In this document: positions 40,972-49,533 of the stretch, piece by piece
How the letters are laid out: the number at the start of each line of letters is the position of its first letter
How positions within the stretch are numbered: the first letter of the stretch is position 1
Assembly (NCBI GenBank): GCA_964570825.1
Contig: CAZMZJ010000008.1
Coordinates: 24,853 to 88,852, forward strand
Source: an uncultured Lachnospiraceae bacterium
Lineage (GTDB): Bacteria > Bacillota > Clostridia > Oscillospirales > CAG-272
Direction: 5' to 3'
Length of the DNA: 64,000 bases
Notes under the pieces: generated by a model
Database searches by the model: none
What the model was told of the DNA's origin: nothing
The model's input: only the letters and a program-made list of their open reading frames with translations
Translations under genes and position numbers: made by a program

Positions 40972-42561
40972 GTGCTTTTCACATCATTTGAGTTTCTGCT
41001 GTTCGCCGCGACGCTGCTGGTTTTGTATTACATCGTCCCGAAAAAGGCGCAATGGGTGCTGCTTCTTCTCGCAAGCTACATATTTTACGGCTTTGCGGGT
41101 TTGAAGTATCTTGCCTTTATCGTGTCGACGACGGCGGTGTCGTATTTCACCGCCTTTTTCATGGGCAGGATGGAGGAACGCGAAAAGCAATATATCGACG
41201 CAAACCGAGACAATATGTCAAAGGACGAGCGAAAGGAATACAGGGCGAGGGCAAAAAAACGCAGGGTTTGCGTTTTGCTCACGGGGCTAATCGCGGGCTT
41301 CGGCATTCTCGCGGTAATAAAGTATTCCGCCTTTGCGGTAATAAATATAAACTCGCTTCTCCATATCTTCGGAGCACGCACTCTGGTTGTTCCAAACCTT
41401 TTGCTGCCTCTTGGAATTTCGTTTTACACATTTATGTCGATGAGCTACATCATCGACGTTTACCGCGGCAAAACGGCGCCTGAGAAGAACCCGGCAAAGC
41501 TTGCGCTTTTTGTGTCTTTTTTTCCTCAGGTTATTCAGGGACCTATATCGCGTTTCGGAGACCTTGAGCCTCAGCTATGCTCAGGGCATAAATTCGACTC
41601 GAAAAATCTTGTATTCGGGCTTCAGCGCGTTATATGGGGGTATTTCAAGAAGCTGGTCATAGCCGATAGAATTCTTGTGGCGGTGCAGACGCTGATGAAG
41701 AACACCGATGATTACAGCGGAATGTATGTCGTGCTTCTCATATTATTCTATTCGATTGAAATTTACGCCGACTTTACCGGAGGAATTGATATTACAATCG
41801 GCATTGCAGAAGCACTGGGGATAAAATTAGCCGAAAACTTCAGACACCCGTTTTTCTCAAAGTCTACGAAGGAATACTGGCGCCGCTGGCATATCACTAT
41901 GGGCACATGGTTCACCGATTATATTTTTTATCCGTTATCGGTGTCAAAACCCATGCAGAAGCTGTCGAAAAAGAGCCGTGAAGTATTCGGAAGTACGGTC
42001 GGTAAACGGATACCGGTCTATCTTGCAACAATAATTACATGGTTTCTGACCGGTCTCTGGCACGGAGCCGGGTGGAACTTTATCGTCTGGGGACTTTTGA
42101 ACTGTCTTGTTATTCTCGTATCGCAGGAATTCCAGCCGCTTTATGATAAATTCCACAGCGCCGCCCCACGGTTTGCCGAATCGAAGGGCTATGGGATTTT
42201 CATGGCGGCGCGCACATTCTGGCTGATGGGAGCCATACGAGTACTTGACTGCTACAGGGATGTGCCGCTGACATTCAGAATGTGGGGAAGTATCTTCTCG
42301 GCTGCCAACTGGGGAGATATTTTCAATGGAAAAATCATTTCGCTGGGACTTGGCGCGGCCGACTACATCGTTGTGGCTGCGGGATGTCTGATAATGTTTG
42401 CGGTAAGCTTTCTCGGCGAAAAGAAAAGCGTCCGCGAAAGGCTTTACGGGCGGACGGTGCTGTCGGCATCGGTATTTTCACTGCTGTTTTTGTCTATCAT
42501 AATTTTCGGAGCATACGGCGTCGGATACGACGCAAGTCAGTTTATATATAATCAATTTTAA
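40972..42561 (+). CDS. MBOAT family membrane O-acyltransferase (DltB/AlgI-like, 529 aa)
   Basis: MLFTSFEFLLF N-terminus, polytopic, with the conserved EYWRRWHITMGTWFTDYIFYPL His region. Longer than canonical DltB. Confidence 0.85.
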   Translation: MLFTSFEFLLFAATLLVLYYIVPKKAQWVLLLLASYIFYGFAGLKYLAFIVSTTAVSYFTAFFMGRMEEREKQYIDANRDNMSKDERKEYRARAKKRRVCVLLTGLIAGFGILAVIKYSAFAVININSLLHIFGARTLVVPNLLLPLGISFYTFMSMSYIIDVYRGKTAPEKNPAKLALFVSFFPQVIQGPISRFGDLEPQLCSGHKFDSKNLVFGLQRVIWGYFKKLVIADRILVAVQTLMKNTDDYSGMYVVLLILFYSIEIYADFTGGIDITIGIAEALGIKLAENFRHPFFSKSTKEYWRRWHITMGTWFTDYIFYPLSVSKPMQKLSKKSREVFGSTVGKRIPVYLATIITWFLTGLWHGAGWNFIVWGLLNCLVILVSQEFQPLYDKFHSAAPRFAESKGYGIFMAARTFWLMGAIRVLDCYRDVPLTFRMWGSIFSAANWGDIFNGKIISLGLGAADYIVVAAGCLIMFAVSFLGEKKSVRERLYGRTVLSASVFSLLFLSIIIFGAYGVGYDASQFIYNQF

Positions 42562-42579
42562 TGGAAGGCTGCCTGTCAT

Positions 42580-43197
42580 ATGAAAATCGTTCTTGCAACA
42601 AGGAACAAACATAAAATTAAAGAATATGAGGCTCTGCTTGCCCGGCACATAGACGGTATCGAGCTTTTGTCGCTTGACGACGTCGGAATAAGTGGCGACA
42701 TCGAGGAAACCGGCGAAACGTTTTACGATAACGCTATGATTAAAGCAAGGGCCGCGGCAAAATCAGGATATTTGTCAATTGCCGACGATTCGGGACTTGC
42801 AGTGGCAGCACTCGGAGGAGAACCCGGAGTGCGTTCGGCGCGATATGCCGGAGAACACGGCAACGACAGGGCAAACAATGAGCTGTTGCTGAAAAAAATG
42901 CGTGGAGTGTCTGACCGGAGTGCGGAATTTGTCTGCTGTATTGCATGCGCGTTTCCAAACAGCGACGGAGAAGGGGATTTTGTAGTCCAGGGCACCGTGC
43001 CCGGCGAAATTCTTTGCGAAGCGCGCGGCGATGGGGGATTCGGGTACGACCCGCTTTTCTGGTTTGACCCGCTCGGAAAGACTTTCGCGGAACTTACGAT
43101 GGAGGAAAAGAATGAGGTGAGTCACAGGGCTGTGGCGGTAAAGACACTGGCTGAGAAGCTCAAGGAAATAATCAGAATAAGGAATATGTTATGCTGA
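42580..43197 (+). CDS. rdgB: Non-canonical purine NTP pyrophosphatase (RdgB/HAM1)
   Basis: IVLATRNKHKIKE, DDSGL, GFGYDPLF, SHRA. Confidence 0.93.
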   Translation: MKIVLATRNKHKIKEYEALLARHIDGIELLSLDDVGISGDIEETGETFYDNAMIKARAAAKSGYLSIADDSGLAVAALGGEPGVRSARYAGEHGNDRANNELLLKKMRGVSDRSAEFVCCIACAFPNSDGEGDFVVQGTVPGEILCEARGDGGFGYDPLFWFDPLGKTFAELTMEEKNEVSHRAVAVKTLAEKLKEIIRIRNMLC

Positions 43198-43478
43198 CAT
43201 CAAAACAGAGAGCGTATCTGCGCGGACTTGCCTCCGGCGAGGATACAATTATACAGATAGGCAAGGGCGGTATCGGCGGGAATCTGATAAAAAATGTATC
43301 AGACGCTCTTGAGGCGAGGGAGCTTATAAAGCTGCGTGTGCTCGAAAACAGCGAAGAAACGCCGAGAAGCGCGGCTGAGGAGATTGCGAAAGCGACCGGC
43401 GCCGAAGTGGTGACTGTTATAGGGACAAAATTCGTTTTATACCGCGAGTCTGAAAACCATAAGAGAATAGAGCTGTGA
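43191..43478 (+). CDS. yhbY: Ribosome assembly RNA-binding protein YhbY (CRM domain)
   Basis: 95 aa; LTSKQRAYLRGLA...IQIGKGG...LIKLRV. Confidence 0.9.
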   Translation: MLTSKQRAYLRGLASGEDTIIQIGKGGIGGNLIKNVSDALEARELIKLRVLENSEETPRSAAEEIAKATGAEVVTVIGTKFVLYRESENHKRIEL

Positions 43479-43481
43479 AGT

Positions 43482-44099
43482 ATGATTGACAAGATATTGA
43501 GGACCGGGATTTACGGCGGAACATTTGCGCCGGTGCATAACGGCCATGTTTTGGCAGCCAAAGCTTTTCTTGAGCAGATGAAGCTCGACGAACTGCTAAT
43601 CATCCCGGCGTCGATTCCGCCTCATAAAAAGATAGACGAATCCGATAACCCGGAACATCGGATGCGGATGTGCGAGCTTGCCTTCGGGGATATTCCGAAC
43701 ATTGTGGTTTCTGATATAGAAATCCGGCGCGGCGGGCGGAGCTATACTGTCGATACCCTCCGCGAGCTGACAGCACCCGGAAGGAAACTGTTTCTCCTCT
43801 GCGGCACAGACATGATGCTTACCTTTGATGAATGGCGGGAATTTGAAACGATATTCAAGCTTTGCTGCCCTGTGTATATACGGAGAGAGGATGACCGCGG
43901 GCTTGACGCAAGGATAATCGAAAAGAACAACGAATATTATAATAAATACGGAGTTGCGTTCAGAAAAATCGTGGCAGATCCGGTTGTAATGTCGTCGACG
44001 GAAATAAGGGAAAAAATAAAAGCCGGCGGCGATATATCTGATTATGTGCCTCCTAAAGTGGCGGAATATATAAAAGAGAATAAATTATATGTCAAATGA
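43482..44099 (+). CDS. nadD: Nicotinate-nucleotide adenylyltransferase
   Basis: GIYGGTFAPVHNGH, SSTEIR. Confidence 0.93.
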   Translation: MIDKILRTGIYGGTFAPVHNGHVLAAKAFLEQMKLDELLIIPASIPPHKKIDESDNPEHRMRMCELAFGDIPNIVVSDIEIRRGGRSYTVDTLRELTAPGRKLFLLCGTDMMLTFDEWREFETIFKLCCPVYIRREDDRGLDARIIEKNNEYYNKYGVAFRKIVADPVVMSSTEIREKIKAGGDISDYVPPKVAEYIKENKLYVK

Positions 44100-44721
44100 A
44101 AAAATAACAGAAAAGATGCTAAACATGCTGCGCGAGGAAATCAGAGGGCGGCTGAGTGAAGGGCGGTTCATTCACACGGAAGGCGTTGAAAAAACAGCTG
44201 CGGCAATATCAGAGATATATGCTCCCGGACTTGTGCAAAAAATGCGCGCCGCAGCTCTTCTTCATGATTTTACAAAAGAATATTCTTTGGAAAAGCAGTT
44301 GAAAATCTGCCATGATTTTGGTATAATATTAAGAGATGACGAAAAATCAGCGCCCTTGATATTGCATTCTATAACAGCAGCTGCGCTGATTCCTTCAGAG
44401 TTTCCGGAATACGTCTGCGATGAAATAATCGGGGCTGTCCGCTGGCATACCACAGGACACGCCGGGATGACACTCCCGGAAAAAATCCTTTGCCTTGCTG
44501 ATTATATCGAGGATGGGAGAAAATATTCAGATTGCATCGCTGCCAGAGAAGTATTCTGGGGCGGTCATCCGGAAAAGCTGGGTGAGAGTGAACGTATTAG
44601 TCTCCTCGACCGCACGCTGGTAATATCGTTGGAAAATACAGTGGCGCATGTTGAGGCAAAAGGCGGAGTAGTCAACCGCGATACGTATGAAGCTTTGAAA
44701 TATCTTGGGAAAAACAATTGA
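44089..44721 (+). CDS. yqeK: HD-domain bis(5'-nucleosyl)-tetraphosphatase YqeK
   Basis: HTEGV...LLHD HD motif. It follows nadD as in Bacillus. Confidence 0.88.
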   Translation: MSNEKITEKMLNMLREEIRGRLSEGRFIHTEGVEKTAAAISEIYAPGLVQKMRAAALLHDFTKEYSLEKQLKICHDFGIILRDDEKSAPLILHSITAAALIPSEFPEYVCDEIIGAVRWHTTGHAGMTLPEKILCLADYIEDGRKYSDCIAAREVFWGGHPEKLGESERISLLDRTLVISLENTVAHVEAKGGVVNRDTYEALKYLGKNN

Positions 44722-44812
44722 ACCGAGATATACATATTATTTAAGATTACATATAGCAAAATTGTTTAATTAAATATTTCCGAATTACATAATTGCGGCA
44801 TGCCCGTCAAGG

Positions 44813-46006
44813 ATGATGAAAGCACGAGGTGTAATTATTGTGATTCGGAAAACAAATCGCAGCTATACGCTGCTTCCGCTGCCGGTTATCGGCATTATGA
44901 TAACAGCGCTGTTCCTTTTGATTTATGCAACTGTTTTTGTTTTTGCAAAACCAAGTGAGGTCGCCGGCACAAGCAGACTGACAAAAGAGGGAAGCGGTCT
45001 GTTCGGTGATGATTATACTGCCGGCAGCAACAGCTGCAACCGGGACAATGGCATTGAAACAGGCGTCGAAGAATCTTCTGTGCCTGATGCGGAGCATGGA
45101 AAAACTTATGTTTTTCTTGCCGCAGGCAGGGACGAGGTGTCCGGACTCACCGATGTATTGATGCTTGTTTCGTTTGACACCGAAAACCTGAAAGTCAATG
45201 TAGTACAGATCCCGCGCGACACATATTTCCGCTGTACGAAACGCACCTACCGTAAAATAAACGGCGCGGCGGAAGCGCTTGGAGGAATCGACAAGCTTGC
45301 TGAAGCTCTTGAAGCCGCGTTGGGAATAAATATCGACTATACGGCGCAGTTTTCGCTTGATGCCTTGGGAAAAATGGTTGATCTCATCGGCGGAGTGCCG
45401 GTGAAAATTCCGTATGAAATGGACTATGAAGATCCATATCAGAACCTTTATATACACCTTGACGCGGGGGAACACATATTGAACGGCGATGACGCCAAGC
45501 AGTTTGTGCGTTTCCGCGCCGGATATGTCCGTGGAGATATAGCCAGAACAGACGCACAGAAAATATTCATGGCGGCTTTTGTCAAAAAGCTCACGACGGG
45601 AGTAAGCATTCTGAAGATTCCGTCTATAATAAACGTTATGCTTGGCGACGTTAAAACCAATATGACCTTTACGGAATGCCTTGAGTTTGCGCAGAAGGCC
45701 CTGAAGGTAAAAACAACCGACGTCATTATGATTACCCTGCCCGGAAACGATGCCAGAACTAAGGTTGACAGCGGGGCGTGGTACTATATAATAAACAGGA
45801 TTGCGGCGCTTGAGGTGGTCAATAAATATCTCAACGCTTCTGATGCTCCGGTTGCGGAAGAAATGTTCGATAAGGAGCGTCTCTTCACAAACGAAGAATA
45901 TCCGCAGTTTGAAGAAATCTATTGCGGCGACGGATATAGCATTCAGGAATACCGCGCCGATGAAATAAATGAAAACGGTATTGAAATTAGTATAACAGAC
46001 AAATGA
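44813..46006 (+). CDS. LCP (LytR-CpsA-Psr) family cell-wall polymer transferase
   Basis: N-terminal TM segment; core VFLAAGRDE...TDVLMLVSFD...VQIPRDT...FVRFR. The start is uncertain (ATG 44813 or GTG 44840 after GAGGTG). Confidence 0.85.
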   Translation: MMKARGVIIVIRKTNRSYTLLPLPVIGIMITALFLLIYATVFVFAKPSEVAGTSRLTKEGSGLFGDDYTAGSNSCNRDNGIETGVEESSVPDAEHGKTYVFLAAGRDEVSGLTDVLMLVSFDTENLKVNVVQIPRDTYFRCTKRTYRKINGAAEALGGIDKLAEALEAALGINIDYTAQFSLDALGKMVDLIGGVPVKIPYEMDYEDPYQNLYIHLDAGEHILNGDDAKQFVRFRAGYVRGDIARTDAQKIFMAAFVKKLTTGVSILKIPSIINVMLGDVKTNMTFTECLEFAQKALKVKTTDVIMITLPGNDARTKVDSGAWYYIINRIAALEVVNKYLNASDAPVAEEMFDKERLFTNEEYPQFEEIYCGDGYSIQEYRADEINENGIEISITDK

Positions 46007-46037
46007 TTCTGACTTAAGAAGGAGATACAGTGAACTG

Positions 46038-46529
46038 ATGAGAGAAATTCTGACGGACGACCAATACAGACTGCTGCCTTCGCTGAAAAATGCCGAACCG
46101 CTTGAGTTGGCGACAGCGATTTACGATATACTATATGACAAAAGAGGCAGGAATATCAGGATGCTGCATGTTGAGGACAAGACGACAATAGCGCATTATT
46201 TTGTTCTGTGCACCGGTACTTCAAGCACGCAGGTGAGAGGCCTTGCCGACGAGGTGGAGTATAAAACGCGGCTGCGCGGGTTGCATCCGTCAAATGTGGA
46301 AGGCCGGGGAAACGGAGCATGGATTCTCCTGGACTATGGGACAGTGCTTGTACACGTATTCAACCGCGAAGCGCGCGAGTTTTACAATCTTGACAAACTA
46401 TACGGCGACGCAACCGTTGTCAATATGAAGGACAATGAGGATGAAGAAAATACAGACGACGGAGTTTTATATAATTCCGAATCCGATGACGGAAAAGAAA
46501 CCGGCGAAGAAAAAATAATAGATAATTAA
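46038..46529 (+). CDS. rsfS: Ribosome silencing factor RsfS with an acidic C-terminal tail
   Basis: HYFVLCTGTSSTQVRGLADEV..., WILLDYGTVLVHVF..E.REFYNLDKLYGDA, plus a D/E-rich extension of about 35 aa. Confidence 0.9.
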   Translation: MREILTDDQYRLLPSLKNAEPLELATAIYDILYDKRGRNIRMLHVEDKTTIAHYFVLCTGTSSTQVRGLADEVEYKTRLRGLHPSNVEGRGNGAWILLDYGTVLVHVFNREAREFYNLDKLYGDATVVNMKDNEDEENTDDGVLYNSESDDGKETGEEKIIDN

Positions 46530-46652
46530 ACGCGTGTAAACAGATCAGCAATAAATATGCAGTGCGCGGCAGAGGCAGAACTCCTGTCCACGGTGTTCCG
46601 AAAGATGCGCGCAGAGTTCAGCTGCAGTAAAACGAAAGGTAATCATTTTAAG

Positions 46653-49055
46653 ATGAAATACGATTTTAAGGCAATTGAGGAAAAATGGCAGTCGCGCTGG
46701 GAGAGCGAGGGTGCTTTCCGCGCGAAGGACGGCTCTGATAAACCCAAATTTTATGCACTTGTGGAGTTTCCGTACCCGAGCGGCGCCGGGATGCACGTCG
46801 GACACATAAAGGCTTATTCTGGGCTTGAGGTCATTTCACGGAAGCGTAGAATGCAGGGGTACAACGTACTTTTCCCGATCGGGTTTGATGCATTCGGCCT
46901 TCCGACCGAAAACTACGCGATAAAAACCGGAGTTCACCCGAGGGCGGCAACCGATAAAAATATCGCAAAATTTACTTCTCAGCTCAAGCGCGTCGGCTTC
47001 TCGTTCGACTGGTCGCGCGTGATTGATACAACGGATGAGAGCTATTACAAGTGGACGCAGTGGATATTTCTGAAAATGTTCGAAAACGGACTTGTATTCC
47101 GCGACAAGGCGCTCGTAAACTACTGCCCGAGCTGTAAGGTTGTGCTTTCAAACGAGGACTCGCAGGGCGGAAAATGCGATATCTGCCACAGCGAGATTGT
47201 TCAGAAGTCAAAGGATGTCTGGTATCTGCGAATCACAGAGTACGCCGACAAGCTGCTCAAAGGTCTTGACGAGGTGGATTATCTTCCCAATATTCGCCAG
47301 CAGCAGGTCAACTGGATCGGCAGGTCTGCCGGAGCTTTCGCCAACTTTAGGATAAAAGGCACAGACGACAGCCTGAAAATTTACACAACGCGCCCCGATA
47401 CAATGTTCGGAGTTACCTTCATGGTTATCGCGCCCGAGCATCCGGTTATCGAAAAATACAGAAACAAGATAAAAAACATGCCGGCCATTGAGGCTTACCG
47501 CGACGAGTGCGCCAAAAAGACCGAGTTTGAACGCACACAGCTGGTCAAGGATAAAACCGGTGTGAAAATTGAAGGCATCGAAGCAATCAATCCGCTGACC
47601 GGCAAAGAAATTCCGGTTTACATAGCCGATTACGTTATGATGGGCTACGGAACCGGAGCGATAATGGCGGTTCCGGCTCACGACGAGCGCGACTATGATT
47701 TTGCAAAGAAGTTCGGACTTGAAATAATTGAAGTTATAAAAGGCGGAAACATTGCCGAGGCCGCGTATACCGGCGAGGGCGAAATGGTCAATTCCGGATT
47801 TCTCAACGGGATAAAAACAAAAGAGGAAGCTATAAACGCCGCCATAAAGAAGCTTGAAGAAATCGGAGCCGGCGAGGCCGGAGTCCAGTACAAGATGAAG
47901 GACTGGGCATTCAACCGCCAGAGATATTGGGGCGAGCCGATTCCGATTGTTCATTGCCCAAAGTGTGGTATGGTTGCCGTGCCGTATGACGAGCTGCCGC
48001 TTAAACTGCCAAAAGTCGAAAATTTCGAGCCGGGCGAGGGCGGGGAAAGCCCGCTGGCTAAAATCGAATCTTTCGTCAACTGCAAATGTCCCAAATGCGG
48101 AGGAGCGGCAAAACGTGAAACTGACACCATGCCGCAGTGGGCGGGTTCATCATGGTATTTTTTGCGCTACATCGACCCGAAGAACGATACGGCGTTTGCC
48201 GATAAGAATAAGCTGAGATACTGGCTGCCTGTCGACTGGTACAACGGCGGAATGGAACATGTGACCAGGCATATGATTTACTCGCGTTTCTGGCACAAGT
48301 TCCTCTATGATATCGGCGAGGTCCCGACCGACGAGCCGTATGCAAAGAGAACGGCGCAGGGCCTTATCTTAGGGCCTGACGGCGAAAAGATGAGCAAGTC
48401 AAAGGGGAATGTGGTTGACCCGAACGATGTGGTGGACGAATACGGCGCTGACGTGCTGCGTCTTTATATTCTTTTCATGGGCGACTATGAAAAGGCGGCT
48501 CCGTGGTCCGAGAGCAGCGTGCGCGGCTGCAAGCGGTTTCTTGACCGCGTTGCGGGACTTGCCGACATGGTGACGGGAAGCGGAGTCTCACCTGAGCTTG
48601 ACGCAAAGATGCACAAGGCAGTCAAAAAGGTGTCGGCTGACATAGACGAGATGAAATTCAACACCGCAATCGCAGCCATGATGACTCTGGTGAACGACAT
48701 ATACGAGTACGGTTCTCTGACCGTTGACGAGCTTAAAACATTTATTAAAATATTATGCCCGTTTGCTCCGCATCTTTGTGAAGAAATATGGGAGCAGCTC
48801 GGAGGGAAAGGATTTTTATCGCTGTCCGAGTGGCCTTCGTTCGATGAGGCAAAAACTGTTGATGAAAGCGTTGAAGTTGCGGTTCAGATTAACGGCAAGC
48901 TGCGCGGGACGGTGATGCTTCCGCTTGACTGTCCGCGCGACGACGCGCTTGCCGCCGTTAAGGCTGACGAAAAAATCGCGCCGATGCTCGAAGGCAAAAC
49001 AATAATCAAGGAAATCACGGTGCCGAACCGCATTGTGAATTTTGTGGTTAAATAA
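46653..49055 (+). CDS. leuS: Leucine--tRNA ligase
   Basis: 800 aa from MKYDFKAIEEKWQ; HVGH (HIGH) and KMSKS motifs and the CP1 editing domain. The track's upstream ATG 46557 adds a non-conserved 32 aa. Confidence 0.96.
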   Translation: MKYDFKAIEEKWQSRWESEGAFRAKDGSDKPKFYALVEFPYPSGAGMHVGHIKAYSGLEVISRKRRMQGYNVLFPIGFDAFGLPTENYAIKTGVHPRAATDKNIAKFTSQLKRVGFSFDWSRVIDTTDESYYKWTQWIFLKMFENGLVFRDKALVNYCPSCKVVLSNEDSQGGKCDICHSEIVQKSKDVWYLRITEYADKLLKGLDEVDYLPNIRQQQVNWIGRSAGAFANFRIKGTDDSLKIYTTRPDTMFGVTFMVIAPEHPVIEKYRNKIKNMPAIEAYRDECAKKTEFERTQLVKDKTGVKIEGIEAINPLTGKEIPVYIADYVMMGYGTGAIMAVPAHDERDYDFAKKFGLEIIEVIKGGNIAEAAYTGEGEMVNSGFLNGIKTKEEAINAAIKKLEEIGAGEAGVQYKMKDWAFNRQRYWGEPIPIVHCPKCGMVAVPYDELPLKLPKVENFEPGEGGESPLAKIESFVNCKCPKCGGAAKRETDTMPQWAGSSWYFLRYIDPKNDTAFADKNKLRYWLPVDWYNGGMEHVTRHMIYSRFWHKFLYDIGEVPTDEPYAKRTAQGLILGPDGEKMSKSKGNVVDPNDVVDEYGADVLRLYILFMGDYEKAAPWSESSVRGCKRFLDRVAGLADMVTGSGVSPELDAKMHKAVKKVSADIDEMKFNTAIAAMMTLVNDIYEYGSLTVDELKTFIKILCPFAPHLCEEIWEQLGGKGFLSLSEWPSFDEAKTVDESVEVAVQINGKLRGTVMLPLDCPRDDALAAVKADEKIAPMLEGKTIIKEITVPNRIVNFVVK

Positions 49056-49089
49056 AAGGCCGGGATATTCAAAAAGTAGCTGAAAGCTA

Positions 49090-49118
49090 TTGACAAACGA
49101 TGGCTAATAAGGTATAAT
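49090..49118 (+). promoter_or_regulatory. SigA-type promoter of rpsU
   Basis: Perfect TTGACA, 17 nt, TATAAT. Confidence 0.8.
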
Positions 49119-49182
49119 ACTAAAGTAAATTTGTCGTGAGATAACATACTCTTGACTGCAAGCGGAGGGGGGGGAAAAAAGA

Positions 49183-49359
49183 ATGGCAGAAATCAAACTC
49201 AAGGATGGCGAAACTCTTGACAGTGCGCTCCGTCGCTTTAAAAAACAGTGCGCCCGCTCCGGAATCCTTGCCGAGCTCCGCAAAAGAGAACACTACGAGA
49301 AGCCCAGCGTAAAGCGCAAGAAGAAGTCCGAAGCCGCAAGAAAGCGCAAGAGCAAATAA
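49183..49359 (+). CDS. rpsU: 30S ribosomal protein S21 (58 aa; below the ORF-track length cutoff)
   Basis: Translates [59 protein letters not shown] strong SD (GGAGGGGGGGG) lies upstream. Confidence 0.93.
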   Translation: MAEIKLKDGETLDSALRRFKKQCARSGILAELRKREHYEKPSVKRKKKSEAARKRKSK

Positions 49360-49368
49360 TAATAAAAA

Positions 49369-49398
49369 CAGGCCTGATTATTCGGGCCTGATTTTTTT
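49369..49398 (+). terminator. Rho-independent terminator of rpsU
   Basis: caggcc/ggcctg stem followed by attttttt. Confidence 0.8.
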
Positions 49399-49533
49399 AT
49401 ATTTGATGAAGGAAGGCTTAGAAGAGAAGCACCCGTATTAAAACGTTAAATTTAATCAGATCTGTATTGATTGTTAATAAATTTACGGAATAGACGCGCA
49501 GCAATATCAGATGGAAAATCCTTAATATAATAA

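Noticed and set aside
44807-45475. 222-aa minus-strand ORF; similar antisense ORFs lie at 6364-6873, 27089-28123, 47208-47954 and 56070-56822
   Set aside because: All lie inside strongly supported genes on the other strand and have no motifs or RBS.
46530-46652. Searched for a T-box or other leader upstream of leuS, and considered the long leuS start at 46557
   Set aside because: Only about 120 nt are available, with no GGGUGGUACC core, no specifier stem and no terminator. The 32-aa extension is not conserved-looking. leuS is probably read through from rsfS.
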